Below the pieces are notes generated by a model. It saw nothing but the letters and a program-made list of their open reading frames with translations. It ran no database searches and was not told the DNA's origin. This document shows, piece after piece, positions 1 to 15,400 of a DNA stretch of 64,000 nucleotides. The translations under genes and the position numbers were made by a program. Where the stretch lies: contig JAYWIR010000001.1 of the NCBI GenBank assembly GCA_036172245.1, positions 12,028,001 to 12,092,000 on the forward strand, written 5' to 3'. The DNA is from Raillietiella orientalis. Taxonomy: Eukaryota. Position 1 is the stretch's first letter; every line of letters starts with the position of its first letter.

Positions 1-3000
1 CATTTATTGTACATCACGATAGATGGCTGCAGATATCAATGCAATTATCGTCTTTTACAAACTGATAAATATACCAGTTTCCAAAGAAAATTGGTGAATA
101 ATTTCTTATGATAGCGCTAAAAATGAGAAAGCTTCAAAATGTTTGAAGAAATATTTGCTTGTTTTATTGCATTTGTTTTCACAGTACCTCAACTTAAGAT
201 GAAAAGAACATTGGAAACCAATAAGACTTTCGCATAAGTAAATGAGCAATCCAACATAGTAAGATCCAACAACTAGCACGATCTCGATCTCTATACTTTC
301 AATGCAATAATGAAATAATTAACTGTAAGATATACTGATTCAATAACTATTGCAAATAACTTCAAGATTTTAAACTAATAGCTACGCTGATTCTAAGAGG
401 AGTACTTACTTTAAATTGTAGAATGGTAATTTCACAAGATGCAAAAAGACATGGAGAACACCTAATAACATATTGGATAGGTGCTCAGTATGCAATTACA
501 TTTATTTACAACAAGTAATTCAGCACTTTGTTACAACAAAGGGCTTGAATGCAATATTTTGAAGTCACCAAGTGAAGACATTTGTCTTCCATTTGTGATG
601 GTTTGAAAGACAGGATTCTACCAACATTCTTAAGTGTAATTGGTAGACAACTGGTTCAGGAATGGTGTAACAAAGTCACTCATGAGTGAATAAGCATGGT
701 CCTCATTGCTGCTGTCAGCAGATGGAGTTTAGAATATCCTGAAATTTATATCTTGTTTGTCCTAAATGAAATGAAATGCACAATTATCTGAAAACAATGC
801 TTGGGATAAGTAGTGGGCAGCATGTTTCACCTTTGTACCCAAATAGTATTCCAAAATATTTACAAATCTCTTCAAATACGTTATTAATGGAAATCCTATT
901 AATACATGAAGTATTTGTAAATTTCTTCATCAAATCCACAAACTTATCAGTTTCATAATATATGCTCACAATAATATGGTTTAGGGTATTAAAATAACGT
1001 GCAACTATATACTCATTCCTAAGTACTCTAGGAATACATTCAACATTACAAAATTTCTTATTAAAGAATTTGAAAAATCTAACGTCGTGATTTCCAATTT
1101 TAAAAATTACCCAAAATTTGTCTCGGGTTTGAATGAAAATTATTACTATACATCCATGTATGAATTTAAATGTTCCAGAATTGGAAACTTATACAGATAT
1201 GCATAAGTACTATGATACTGAATTTTTATTGCCAAATTACTAACGTCTCCACAGTTGAACTGATTCGACAGCAGCAAAATCATTGGCGTTTCTCTGCTTT
1301 CCCTTTCCCTTTTTATTTTATAAAAAATACAGTTCACAGTCAAAATCCACCTACCTCTAAATCCTCCTTAATTCTTTACCAGTGTGCTACATCTGCATGT
1401 CTATTTATACTTAACAAAAGAGAAAACCTGAAAATAATACAAATGAAAACGGTGTTATACACCGAAACGATCATGCACTTTACCAATATACCGGTCGTTT
1501 GCTTCCAACTGACCTTTTCAGAAGTCTTCCTCAGCTTGCGGTACTACAAGGTTAACAGGGCCGATGACTGTTGGGACAAAAAACCATGGCTATTCCCATC
1601 CATTTCCATTTCCATTTTCCATTTTCATTTCCAAACATCAATCAGCGGCACACTCCATAAATTGTTGATGACATATGATCGAAACCATTATTCACAGGTC
1701 TGTTCTTGGTAATGAACATAAATACAAATCCAGACATTGCCTAGGCATTTCTTTTTTTTTTAATATATGAAGCGTGCAAAAGTTACATTTTCAGTTACAT
1801 TCAGTACTTGATACCTCAGCTGTTGCTGACAGGTCGATGTCCAGCATCGCTCTCCAAATTTTCGGGTTCCTTCACGTACTCTGACAGAGTTGCCGCCTTT
1901 TGAAGTGTATACGTACGTTCTTTGTTCGATTGAATTTTGGGTCTTTCAGCCTCGAAATTGCACCAGGAATATGAAAAGGATGTACCTTTCAGTGAACTCA
2001 GCATAGCCAAATTTTCTCAGCATTGATGCTCATGATAAAAACTGACCTTTTATTCGATTTTCCGGGCAATCTTCACAGCGGACCCCCCTGCTGGCAAATT
2101 TTCCTCTACACTCCACTCTATTGATTTGACACTAGAACATGTCCAGAAGTCAACTCTCCAATATTTCGCTCAAAGGGGACGATAATGACTCATTAAAACA
2201 ATGAATAGATCAAAATTTACACCTACTAATAATGTTATCAAATCTCAGCGTGTGTTATCGCGGCTAAAATTGAATTCTGTTTAAACATATGTAGATCCTC
2301 AACACATATTTATAACTGTTACGTAACCATAGTTTAATTTACTGAATAATCACCCATTGTGTGCACAAAATCATTGCTCATTAGATATTCGGCACTCTAT
2401 CTGCCTACAAACATTAGACTGCATACCTCTTCATGTTTTATTCATAAGACATGTCCATTGCTCGTAATATCTATAATTAATTCAGCAAATTATTCTTATA
2501 GACAATGCATATCTTTAGCAACAACAGGAACAACATTAGTAGATGATTAAGGATTCGTACTGAGCACTTTTCAGGTAGCAAAAGTGCTGTAGGATTTTGA
2601 AACCAAGATGAAGATTCGAAAACAGCTGAAACGAAAGTATCCAGAACATCAAGGGAAATATTGTCCAAGAACTCTGTTCCGAAAGAATTAATATAGAAGG
2701 ACAACTGGACTTATGTGGAAGCACCGCAAATCCAATACTTGCATCAATCTATGTCGCTTCATTGCCTCAGGTTCCACGACATTATGAATGAAGAGAAGTA
2801 TTCAGGAGAAGCATTTTTGGTTGAAAGGAAACTTTCTGTCGGGAAGAATATTTCAAAGAATTCTGACTTCTGTATCCATGTTTATCAGATTTTAATTTTT
2901 TTAAACGATCTATCACAAACGTTTGGCTTTATGTTTAACTATCTTTGATATAGCAGTACTTTGGAACTCGAAATTTTTTTATAAAGAAACACTTCAATTC

Positions 3001-5827
3001 TTTGCCTTTATCCTTCTTATTTATTACATGTTTCAAATGTAGGCTTTCAGTAAATAAAATTATTCAAAGGTACAAAGTTCAAAGGTACTCTCGAAGCGTT
3101 CATCGAAAATTAACTATGTATGAGAACTCGAATTTTGTCTTTCGGCGAAATTGAGTGTACAAATTTTATAATTTAAACTTGAGAAAACTCTGGACGCTGA
3201 TTCCCAAAAGTAAGCAATGATTTTGTGGGAAACGTCACTGGAATGATTTTTTAGATCTAAAAAGTAGCATTTTGCGCTTTCTGGTTTTGTAAGTTAAGTA
3301 AGCGCTATTATAGTATTATAAAACAACCTAACTGTAAAAAACTTTTTATGAAAGAACTGGATACTGATAGAGGTAATTTGCAAAGTCAAATCGGATCGTT
3401 GGCCTTTCTCATATTTGTAGTAGGTAGCTTTGAAGAGATATACGTTTCAGCCTAATGTTGTGGGGGTTAAGTGAGTAATTCTGAAGAGGGACTGTTCCAT
3501 TCAAATGCCGCTGAATCACGTTGATGATTAGGTGATGCGGTGAGTTCTTTATACTCAAAGGACCAAGAGCAGGTTGAACTCTTAATCCTCTTTTACCAAT
3601 ACTTCCCTTAGTCGAACCATAAGAATTGATCTCTTCACCTTGCCTCTCCACCAAGTCGGAATTTCATCCAATTCTAAGAGCTATTAACTTTACTATCACC
3701 ATCATCAGTATATGACCTTCAAATATGTCTCTTTCCCAAATCCCCCTTCTTCCATGATGCATCCTCAGTGCTGCTGGCCTTGGCTTAATCTTGGCCTTAT
3801 GTATCTTGGCAAATGCCATTACTATACTCCTGTTCGATTAAAAGTTCAATTTATCTTTGATCCCACAAGAGGAAGATATCCTGCTCTATTCCATAAGTAG
3901 GTGGCATTAAAGAAAAATATGTTTCTGTCTAATCTTGTTGGGTACTGTGATTCGAATAATCCAAAATGTTCTTTGAATTTGGTGAAAGTGGAAGCACAAA
4001 ACAGTGACGAGATTATAGTTTGCAGATTAGAATTCGCTAACACATCTGATATAAGAAAGACATCGAGAGAATAAGATTCTATGGTCTCTTGGGAGATTAG
4101 ACGTCAATAACTTTAGTTCCTAAAACATTGCCAACACGGGGAAATCCTTATATTTTTTGCTAGTGGAACTTTTAAGGTGTGCATGTTTGGACATGATGGG
4201 CACGCGTCATGTAGTTCAAGAACGATGGACGATGGACTCAACGTCATGAAAACATGGTCGCGTTTTTCTATATTCGGAAATTGCGAGGCTTCATTTCTGT
4301 ATCCAACTGGCATTCTCTAATGAACTGAATCAGCTATGAAACACAATCATCATTTTCAGAAAAGACCATCTAGAGGCACATACAACCTCCCAGAGGAAAG
4401 AACCAACAAATGTTCTGGATTATTGCAAGTCTGAAATTCCTACAAATGCCCTTTGATACGATCCAAACGAAGGATCCGTCGAAGTATAAACAGTCTCAGA
4501 TGGACAAATTGCGCAGCTCGGCAAATCTTGCATCCAAAAATGAGCGGAACCTAACTAAACTCTGCATCATGGAAGGAAGTCATCGTGAAGAAACGACTGG
4601 GCTAAAGATAAAGAGAAAAGGAAATCGATAAACCAAACAAAATCGGACTGTACCTTCAAATCATCGAAGCCCTGACAAACAGATCTGACACACTGAAAAT
4701 ATGCAAAGTAAACATGCAAGTGAATACATGACATACAAGGCGGTCAGCGAAGGGGAGCATTCATGACCGAGTACAAGATGTCTCATCTCACTTAACGAAT
4801 CGACGTGAAGCAAAAGCGAAAGCCGACTCTCGTTGACGCATAGTATCATGATTAATTTGCACAGCACATTCTCACTCGATTAAGCATGCATGAGAACATC
4901 TCATCTACGGCTTTTATGATAAGTGCAGTGAACTTATTGAAAGAGCTGGACATCCGCATTGGACTTCAAGAACCGCTTTCCAGGAATTGCAATCAGCCAC
5001 TTGCAGAACAAACCACCATTTGTGATATCACAGAAATCTTTTCCGTTCTTCCTAAAGCAATGGCTGCGTTCTGAAAACTTAAATCACAACATCAACTTCA
5101 CTCTCCGTAAAAGGAATAAAAAAAAAGATGAAGTGATCATCATCTTGGAACAAAGAAAACAACTCTATGACAAGATTGGTCTTTCTGGAACTCTGAAAAC
5201 GCGCAAAGGACCTAAAATTCCACGCAATGGTGCCACGAGCTTTCATGGTTTCCCATGAAGAAAAACCTCACATTTAAGATCCAGTTACATCTTTTCAGTT
5301 TCAACTTTTCATCCAGTTCCAGCTGGATTACATTTAAGATTTCGGTTCCAGCTTTTGAAGCTGGAGGATAAAGAGCACTGTTTCTTTTTTCTGGTATGGT
5401 GAAACATGAGGTTTATCGATTACTCTCTCTTGCCACGAATGGCTTATGCAAAATTTAATTTTAAATTCTTTAGATGACTTTTCCGTATTCCCAAGTGCTG
5501 CAGTAGCAGCACATTAAGGTGCCTTTCCTTGAAAACGGTTTTGGGATCAGTGAGAAATATTTAATCACAGCTAACAACAGGAATGAAAGTAACATACGAG
5601 TGAGTCAGGCCGTTATCAGGTAGATACATGACATCTTCTGACCTTCATTCGATCCAAGAGTCCATTCATGGGACACAGGGGTAGAACACTATTTATTTAT
5701 TTATTTTCATTTTGTGTTTTATTCCTCATCATTGGCGATGGTCGAGTTTACGAATAGTGCTTCCCTGCTAATGAAAGGACTGGAAAAGCAATGGTAGACT
5801 GGATTAGAATGGAAATCTATAAATTAA

Positions 5828-7272
5828 CCCTAGAAGGGTAACGTGACGATTTTGTGCAGACATGGTTACGTGGTGTCGTATAGGACACCAATTAAAATTA
5901 TAACCACTTAATGATTTTCCACAAACATTTTATTTTGTTAATGCATCACAATTACTATAACGAATTATTTTATCACATTCACAACATAATGACCTTCGGT
6001 GTTGGGCACATACGACTTTTCTGCAACAGGTACACTTTTCCCTTCCTTTCCAGCTGGGGGAGCGTGGGCGCATTTCGCAGTGCTTATGGACGGTTAAAGG
6101 TTCTTGTAGAACATCTTGGGACCTCAGTTCTTCTTTATTTAGTACAAATGAAATCGAATTTCGCAAAGAACGAGACAAATTTTTGCATTGCAGCCGGCGT
6201 TCCACATGAGGTGTTACGGGCTGGTATCCTAAATTTTGAAGGAACACTTTTCTGGAAATAACTCTACAGCCTGGATTTTCAAGGTTGTTGGCAATGAACA
6301 CCGCATACGAATTTATCCCAGCCTCGTCTGACATTCCATAAAAACCACTTAAAGGCCATCCGCATCACTATCATCAGCTGCAAATTCTTTGTCTTGTACG
6401 CTCTCTGCTTCCTTATTTCCGTCACCTAAATCTTGGTCTTCATCAGAGGAAAACACTTCCAAGTCAGTTTCTTCTCTTTGATAGTGTCCAATCAACTCTT
6501 TCATCTTCCCAAAGACCCCTAAGGGGTGGGTAAATTTATTTTTTCTCATTCATATTACAATTTCATTCATACCGAACTCGCTCGAGTTTGTTCACTTTCA
6601 TCTTTTTCTTCTTTTCCACTTTGGGGAGTCACTATGGGTAGGTCTGCACTAGGGGAGACCACGTGTGGGATGTACCGGACGGTACATTCAATTCTTCTAA
6701 GGATATACTTGTAGGTCCAGGCGTGCACTTTTCCTCAGTTCCTGATTCCGATCTCCTTCCGGATGACTCCTCGTAGGATCTCCAAGGGGGATCCCCTCCC
6801 CCTCGGTTGTTCCGGCTTTCTTCATCTTCCCCCATCTTATCGAGATGGCGGTGATGAATAGGGCAATGGTCGTCCTAACCATCGGGTTGTATAGGAGAAC
6901 GTTTCCGTTTCCCAGAAAGATCCCAGCTAGGACCTCCATCGTCGAGTTGTTCAGCAGCCTTATGACCCATTTCAGGGTTATAGGGTTGACCAATCAACTC
7001 TTCCAGTTCATTTTGTGTGAAAATTTCATTATAAGAGGCTACGGGCACAAATTTTTATATGCAACGTAAAAGGTGACGCGGTGTCGTCTACGGCACTATC
7101 GGACACAAAATGAAACGAAGCCAACCGATTTGCACGCAATGGCGATCTCAGGCACTCTGAAGGCTTGGTCACAGGCAGCTGGAACGGAATGCTCGCCACA
7201 CTAACCATGGCAGAGAGTCTGCACAGTTTAGTTACTGTGTGTTGTATATGACGCCACGTTACTCTTCTAGGG
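5828..7272 (-). mobile_element. piggyBac-family DNA transposon, internally deleted (non-autonomous)
   Basis: TTAA flanks at 5824-5827 and 7273-7276. TIRs CCCTAGAAG(G/A)GTAACGTG at both ends. Minus-strand ORF 5930-6334 matches the piggyBac transposase C-terminus (FYGMSDEAGINSYAVF...SRKVFLQNL, then Cys-rich KCTCCRKVVCAQH...CCEC). An acidic N-terminal remnant lies at 6349-6500. The DDD core is missing. Confidence 0.9.
6501..6989 (-). mobile_element. 5'-truncated L1/Tx1-like non-LTR retrotransposon nested in the piggyBac
   Basis: Peptide GNGNVLLYNPMVRTTIALFITAI is near-identical to GNGNVPCYNPMVRMTIALFITAI at 30162-30416. Flanked by a 13-bp TSD CCAATCAACTCTT (6488-6500 and 6990-7002). The 3' UTR resembles 30009-30060. 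Confidence 0.85.
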
Positions 7273-10200
7273 TTAAATAAGCATGTTCCAGCCACGGAAA
7301 GAATCTCTTGAAATGGATCCTCATGGAAAAGAATATCCATCCTTAATAAGGCACAGGTTATCAAGGTTCGAACTATCGCTGGCAGAAATATGAAACATAA
7401 AATTCTCATTTTTCAGAGATTTTGTATGAACACATAAAATGAACGAATCCTCATGATTTTTCCTATGAGATACTAGTCACAGGATTTAATTCACATCCGA
7501 AAAAAAGATCATCATCATCAAGTAGTACATGGAAGACATCACATGTATATGTGATCTAGAATCTTTTCTACTTGTGTTAGAATTTTCAATCAGCTATAGT
7601 ATAGCTTATGTTTCTTCAAGGAACTCTAGACGCTGGACACTGCCTTTAGTCATCAACAGATGATCATGATATCGCTAGCTCGCATACTCTGACTTATTAA
7701 AATTTGCTCCCATTTGGACTATTATGCATTCTCAACAAGAATCTTCAGATTTTTTCCGTGCCCGATTTCCAGGAAGCGATTACATAAGAAATAAATAAAT
7801 AAAGAGAATAGCAAATAACAGCGTATTTGAAAAGCTGGTTTTAGAAAACACACGAAAGCAGTGTTGCACAAATCTCATGTACATGCGTTTTTATTAATGT
7901 TTTGGGAACTTGTGGCTCATTATAGCTATAATAATTTTTGATATTATACGGTGATCAAGAGCGAACCTCGTCATACCATCGTCCAGACTCTCCAGCTCCC
8001 AAATCGTTTTTGTGGATTGTTCAGATCATGCTGGAAAATGGAGATAGATCGGAGCAATCGATGTATTTCATGCGGCAGAATTCTGCATGATTTGTTAAGG
8101 GAACCAGAGTGGATTCTTCCATCTGCCAAGGTCGTCGAGGCTGGTACGACAACGTGATCACGATATCAGACTTTTTACTTTAAAAGTAATGAACCCATGA
8201 GTTCCGGACCTCTGTCAGTTTACTCTTTGCCCACGTTGCAAGGACTGTTTTCTCGGATTAATCACTGTGAAGAATTCACCAATGTTACGGAGGAACTATT
8301 TCAACTAATAGAGAGTAAGCAAGTAGTAAGAGATTTGAGGTGGATTATGTTTCAAACTGTGCTAGAACTTTGGAAATTTTCTCATGAGGCGCTTCTAATA
8401 AATTTTCCTAATGTTTTGTTTCAAGAGACGATTGTGCTTGCAGCTCAGTATCACAGCACCTATCAGCAATCATTTTGAGATCGCGCGCAGACTAGTCCTT
8501 TTCTTGCTTTCATACAATGATTTCCTGCCATATTTGCACACAAGTCGTGGAACAATCTCAGCTGTAGAATTTCTGGTGAGTTATTCTTCGAGTTGTTCAA
8601 GTGATGCTTGCACTTTGCCATCTTAGGTTCTTTGATTACATTTTGCAAGCTGCATGCAATGATGCATACTTGTGAATAACCTAAATACATGTGTGGATGT
8701 ATTTTCAGAGAATCAGCTTGAATAAACAGATACTTCCTGTGTCTTCTATTGTTTTTGTGTCTAATGACACATTTTAAAAGACTTGCTTGCAGGTTTTTCG
8801 AGAATAGGGCCAGCATATGACTAACCCTGCTTCCATTATTTTGGAATAATTGTCATTTTTTCAGATCCTTGGAATTGGGAGTTTTCAGACTGCGTGAAAA
8901 GCAAGCCCATTCCCATAATCTACATTGGACTTGAATTTCTCAAACTCATTTCCTTCGTGACTGATTACCCCTGACGCATTAGCTAATGTACGGGTTTCGG
9001 TTTTGATCCTTTGGCCACAAGTAAGCATCGATTTTCAGGAGGAATGCTCCTTTCATCAAGTGGAAGCGGCTCTTCCAGAGTTCTTAGTTTCTCCATGTCT
9101 TCACGCGGATTCCAGCAATTCCGTTGAAAGTAACGCTGAATGAAAAATCATTTACTCTTTGATCATCGAAACTGTGCAAGCTTTCGCACGCGTTCTCAAA
9201 AACCTCATGATTTCCAAGGAAAAAATTTTTGTTTTCGAAATGACGTCTACGAATGCAATGCTTACAGAACGAACAGAACACTAAAGTTGATTAGAGCATC
9301 AAAATGTCAGAGTTTCTTGGAAAGCAAGTTTTCATAACTATAACTAGTCCCTATTTTGAATGTTGCATATTTTGTATTCAGAGTGCGTTAGAAGTGCGTT
9401 ATGGGGAAAAAGAGCTCAATCCTATGTTGCTACCAATCACCATAGTTTTGTGAAAACCTTACTTCCACAAATGTCAGCAAGCCGACAACGAAACAAAACT
9501 AGCATCGGTCATGATCCTAAATCACAGTCAAAGCTTTCATCTGCTACTACACCTAATTCATCCTCGTGATTTAATTCTTCAACAAAACAGACAGCTTGAT
9601 TGGTTCTTGTGAGCACCTTGTTGGATTACCCCAGTATTTTGAATTTATAAGACTTAATTATCCTTATTTAACACTAATTTGTAGGATGATAAGTTCCCTT
9701 AATTATTTTTAATATGTCTCATGATCTTTATAACATTTTGATGCTAAAACTGTAGACGATCCCACTAGGAAGCAGAGGTTCCAAAAGGTCGTCAAATCCT
9801 GTTAGATATGTTTTTTCAAGAAGAACATATACATAGAAAAAACCATGTACATTCACTTGCATGTATGTATGTCTGCGCATGCGTAGACATTTGTGTAATA
9901 TAAGCTCTGGTACATGTGTCTGTACTTCCACTGAAGTCTTTAAAAGAGTAAAGGCAATAGAAATTTATGAAGGCTTTGAAAGTTGACCAACGAAAATTCT
10001 GCAATGTGAAGATTATAAGCTACTGAAAGTGATTCTCCAGCAATATTTCTAATAAATCCCTAGCTATACATAAAATTTTCAATGAAAAGTTATAAATGCC
10101 AATAACTTATCTCTGATGTGCTCTCTTGGAGGTCAGTGTTCCAGAAGGAAATACTAACTGAAATTCATGCTAAACAATACTTCCATCATTTTCATCTACC

Positions 10201-12431
10201 GATTATCTCAAGAAATAAAACTACTTTTTTTTTCTTTTCAAATGAAAGAGCGACCATTTTATTCTGTAAGTTCCTTATTTTGTAAAGAAGAGACCATGGA
10301 GAAAACGCTTAGTTGATTCGAAAAAGATGAAGCTTCAGTGTCATACTTTGCAGTTATTAAAGCAAAAATTCCATGATGAAAAGGGAATACTCATCAAACG
10401 ACCACAATGTCGTTTGGGTTACAAGCAAACGAGGAATCGAAATGACCTTGTCAGCCACAAGAGGTGGCGACTTCCCCAAATTAAACACCAGTATGGCATC
10501 CAAAAATATTCTCAGGTGAAATGTCCATGGAATAGTGAAGCATTTCAGAAAAACAAAAACAAAAAAACCTTAATATTTATTCATTCTGCAATAATTTGCC
10601 CTTTGGCAACATGTAAGAATTGCACATGGTTGGAAAACAAAGAATTTGCAACAAAATTCGCAAAACCAAAGCTGAAACAAAATTTCTATTGCTGATGATG
10701 TAGAACGAAAAGTTCTCTTGATCTGATTTCAAGGTGATTTTTTTCTTCCCCTTGATAAATAGACCGTGAAATTCGAACCATCCAATACCAACCAAAGACT
10801 TCCTATTTCTATTCTGAAGTTCAGAAGAAGAAAAGGGAGAGAAAAAGAAGCAATTCTGTTCTCTTGCTTATGAGAGTTGCTGAGGGTTCTCCAGATCTCT
10901 CCACAATTAGCCAAATGCTCGAACACTGAAATAATGAAAAATAGAAAATTAGCTGTAGAGGAAGTGTAAGAACACTGTGAGAATAGTGAGAAAGTGTTGC
11001 ATGCAATTTGCTGTTTCGCAAGCATTCGTTATTAATTTTGGAAATCGATCTAATGATCGTAAGAATGGATGTACTTACGTTCAATGCATCAGTCCATCCG
11101 CCTTCAGATTTCTCATTTTCATCATTTCATTCTTTGCTGGTTTTCAAACAGTCAAAAAATAAAGAAGGAATTCTGCAATTTTTTTATTAAGAAAAAAGGA
11201 AATTAGCCAGGAAAATAATCAATTTGATAAACCCAATTAAAATGAATCATAAGGTATGTTCAGGTTGTCTCCATGTAACTGACCGATTCCTTCAGCCAAA
11301 TCGTTATCGAATCAATCGATTTCAGTGAATTGTGTTTTGGTGTAGACGCATAATGAATGTTTTGAAGTTTCACCGTGTTGAAGGAAAATTCTACCTCACC
11401 CCCCATATGTTTTCGCTTTCCTCAAACAAATGACCTAAATGGACACCAGGATGGATCTTTCTGTCGAGCCAATGAACGAAACACCGCAAGCATCGTTCCA
11501 AACTAATGACGGTACATTAATCAGTGAACCTCGGATGACTGATGATCCGCATTGGAGGTGCATTCCTAAAGGGGGCCGATGGAATTGGAGAGTTCAGCTG
11601 TCGGGGAAACGTGGAAACACTTGTGGTCGGAAAGTACCGTGTCCCCCCCCCCCTCCACATTCTGCGAAGTATCGCTTTGCTTTCGGGCGTGAAGTATGCT
11701 GGTCGAAACGGTACGTGTATCCCTGATCGGGATCACGATCCAGTGATCCCTGCTCAAAGCAGTCGAAAGATAAAATGTCCGGGAACGAGAGCAACGGTAA
11801 CGAAGATGAGGTGCCGTATGAGAATGAGTTCGTCAAGGAAGGGACATGCCATCCAAATACGTGCACCACCACGGGGAAAGTACCTGTCCATGGTGAATGC
11901 ACACCGTCCGCAGGGAACACCGATCGTCGTCAACACGATCATGATTTTGAAAACGGTAATTATCCGCCGATGTAAACGCCTGTTTGCATGTGAAATGCTT
12001 TGCCCCGCAATCCGGACTGGATTCTTTGCATAAAGTGAAAATTGTGAAATGTAGTCGGACATATAAAAGCCATGCATCAGGCGCTGAAGAGGTTCCTGAA
12101 AGCTGCCACACATCCACACAGCTTGAGCAAGAGTTGACTTAAACGCGGTGCCAAAGAGTATTAAAGGCTTAATACTTGCGTTTGTATTGATTTTTGAATT
12201 TCAGTTGAGAGCCGGGGGCTGAGAATACATACAACCACCAAATTTTGTTTTTTTTAAAGTATACCCAACAACAACAGTCAGCCATGTGTTGAATGTAATC
12301 CACCCATTTCTTGAAAGAATTTGTTTTGTTTTTTGTTTCACGTACCAATGAGATCCTTTAAAATTTTCAACAAAAGAAATTTCCACCAAAATGATTAATA
12401 TGGATAACAATCTTTCATTCATCCAGAATTA

Positions 12432-15400
12432 ATGAAGATGGCGGAGCAATTAATTCAACTTCAAGAAGAGAAAAAACAAATGGAATGTGATTTTTGTGTG
12501 AAAAGAGCACAGTTGAAAGAGTTGTTTCTGAAGAAAGAAGGTAAATAAAATTAGATGATTACGTGAAGTTTGGTGAACTCTAAAAATATCAGTTATTACA
12601 ATCCTATCAAAATGAAAGCCCCTCAAAAGGTGTCTTTGCATAAATTGTGTTCAGAACTTTCAGAAACGTATATTATCCAGTTTTACAGAAGTCTGTATTT
12701 ATCAGAACGCGTATAAATTTCCATGATAAAGTTAAACGATATTTTTTAATTGAAAACTGCATAGTAGATGCCAAAACTGTATTTTTGTAAATAAAATATG
12801 TATCTATGTTTTGTTGATATCTTGGACTTATAGCATTTGATCTTTAAAAAAGTAATTCAGTGAAGTTGTATTGAACTGCAAGTTATGCAGTACAGTTCCT
12901 TGCTTCTTGCCCTGCAATTTCTGGCTTTTGAATTTATAAAAAACCTAAGCATATCATCTAAGCATCATAACATTAAAGTATACCGAGAAACTTTGTGATT
13001 GTTTTATGGTGACAAAAAAATGGCTGCTTATGTTTTTTTCAGATGAATTGAAACAGGAGCGTGCTAAAGTTGAAGGTATCATGAAAGAAATGTCAGAGTT
13101 AAAGCAAACTCTTCAGGATACAGAAAGTGAATTGAATGAAACAAAGAATCAGATAATCATTATGGAATGTACAAAAGAAAATGAATTAGAATTTTTGAAG
13201 CAGAAACAAGATGATCTTGATTCCTTGCATGAATATTTAGAAAGTGAATTTTAGCATACAGTTGGGATGTATTTTCATATTTTTACTTCAGAGGAACATC
13301 AGAATACTGTTTCGCATCTCCAAGGAGAGTTGGAAATTTTGAAATGCCGAAATGAGCAACTTCAGGAAGTAATTGATGGAAGTAAATGTCAGGCCAGTGA
13401 TACCTCTATCACTAATACTGTTTTATCATTTTCTGCTGTGACTCGAAATCTTGCTAAGAGAGTTGGTGGCTTGACAGCTCCATCTGTTAATGTTGGTGCT
13501 TTGCCTGTTGTAAGTACAGAGATTGCTCCAAATTGCCTGGAGGGTAGCATGAGGAATGATGGAAAATATGTACGTTAGCCTCCTTTCTGGATGATTTTTC
13601 AGTAATTGCTTCTTTGCTGATGTGGAAACTGTATTGTAGTTTGGAATAACCAACTACATGCAGTTCCCAGTCATTTGTAGGATTTGACCTATGCAACTTC
13701 TAGTAACGAATATTGTGAACTTCAGGCAAAAGAGGATGCAGAAATGTTGCGATCTCTGGTTGTTCCTTTAGAAGAAGAGGTCACTGCTCTTAAAGACAAA
13801 TTGAGGGATGCTTACGAGAAAATTCGAGTCTATGAAAGTACACATACTGCTGCAATCAAAAGCTCTGAAGCAATGAGTGATTTGCTTAAAGGGAAGCCTT
13901 TGCCAGAAGTTATACATGATTTGGATGAAAAGGTTGATAGCAAATGGTTGCCATTTATAATAAGCCTTGAGCAGTCTTTCAGCTGAAAGAAGTCAGCAAT
14001 GTCCTGGAAGTGGAGAAGTCATCTCGGGCAGATTTAGAAATGTATGTTGCTATATTAAGCACTCAAAAAGCTGTTTTGCAAGAGGATTCTGATCGTTTGA
14101 GGTGAGTTTTGTATCCGATGTTAATAAAGTATGTGACTCTATGCTCAGATCCCAACTGCATGAAGTATGCAAGGCTCTGGAAGAAGAGAAAAAAAGTCAT
14201 GGAGAATTGAAGCAGACATGGCAAATGGCCAATGATCAGTTTTTGGAGTCCCAGCGTGTGCACATGAAAGAAATTTCTCTCATCCAAAAGTTCTTGACAC
14301 CAGAGCAGTTGTTTCAAATCTCGGGTATGCAATAATCTGTTTTATTCGGTAGTATTCTGACATGGTTGTTGAAGTATGGAGGCTTTATGTGAACCTTTGG
14401 TTTTTTTTTGTTTAAAGTATGTGTATTTTGTCCAGTTGCTGTACAGTTTGTTCAGAAGTGAACTTGAACAAATAACTTTGTATATTTTTCCATGGTTTAT
14501 TTCTTGCATTGAAACTTGCCAACATTTTCTTTTAAATGGATTCTGAAAGAGTTGATCAGAGCTACAGCAACAGAGTGAGCATAAACATTTGTTCATGTTC
14601 ATTTCTGTTATGGTTATTATCAGCGATTTAATTAAAAAATTATATTTGATTGTGAAGCCAGGAAATCATGCTTTTGACTGCAGGGTGAATGTTGTGCTGT
14701 GTAGGGTGTTCATTTTTAATCAAAATAATAAGTCTTTTTCCTTGGAATGAAGTTTTAACTAATGTTATTAAGATACACAAATTAGCAAGTCGTGTGCTGA
14801 TGAATTAAAAGATTTTCAGAAAAATTTTTACCTTTTTCTCCCCTTCCTTTTTACCTTACCCTTTGTATGGAAGTGCAGTGGAAGGAATTTAGGTGAATAT
14901 GGAGCTCTGAAAGTAAATCATGTATTTTTTCTATGCTAATTTGTTAATGTTATCAGAAATGAAAAAACAAGAAGATCAGGGGCAGTCTTGCAAATTGCAG
15001 AATCAGAACTCCAAATTATCTGCAGCACAGAAGAAATCAAAGCTTGCTCTTGTCAATCAGAGTCTTTTAGGTAAACTATCACCTGTTCGACGTCAGAAAG
15101 GAACTGATGTTCAGTCAGAGGTATATTGGTTGAATAACTCTCAATATTAGCTGTGAGCTTTGTAGCTAGATGACGGCTTTTTTTGTTCATAAAAAAAAAC
15201 TAAATGAGCTTTTTTAGGTCAGTAATGCATTTTCTAAATCTTATTCATCTGAGTCTCTGCAAGAAAGTTCAGGTGAGTTGACATATGATCACTAATTTGT
15301 GTAGCTGGAATCCCTAGAGCCCGTTAATAATACGAGGGATCTATTACATTCACTTCCAAGTTCTTTTGATTCTTCAGTGCATCGCAGTCCTGAAAGGCTT

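Noticed and set aside
1-5800. Short ORFs and MITE-like AT-rich segments
   Set aside because: I could not establish paired TIRs, TSDs or protein motifs.
7900-9600. Exon-like stretches on both strands
   Set aside because: Frequent stops and no recognisable family, so a gene or pseudogene call is not supported.
11439-12033. Cluster of ORFs upstream of Rabaptin as a small gene
   Set aside because: Exon-like composition but no recognisable domain or confident structure. It needs RNA evidence.
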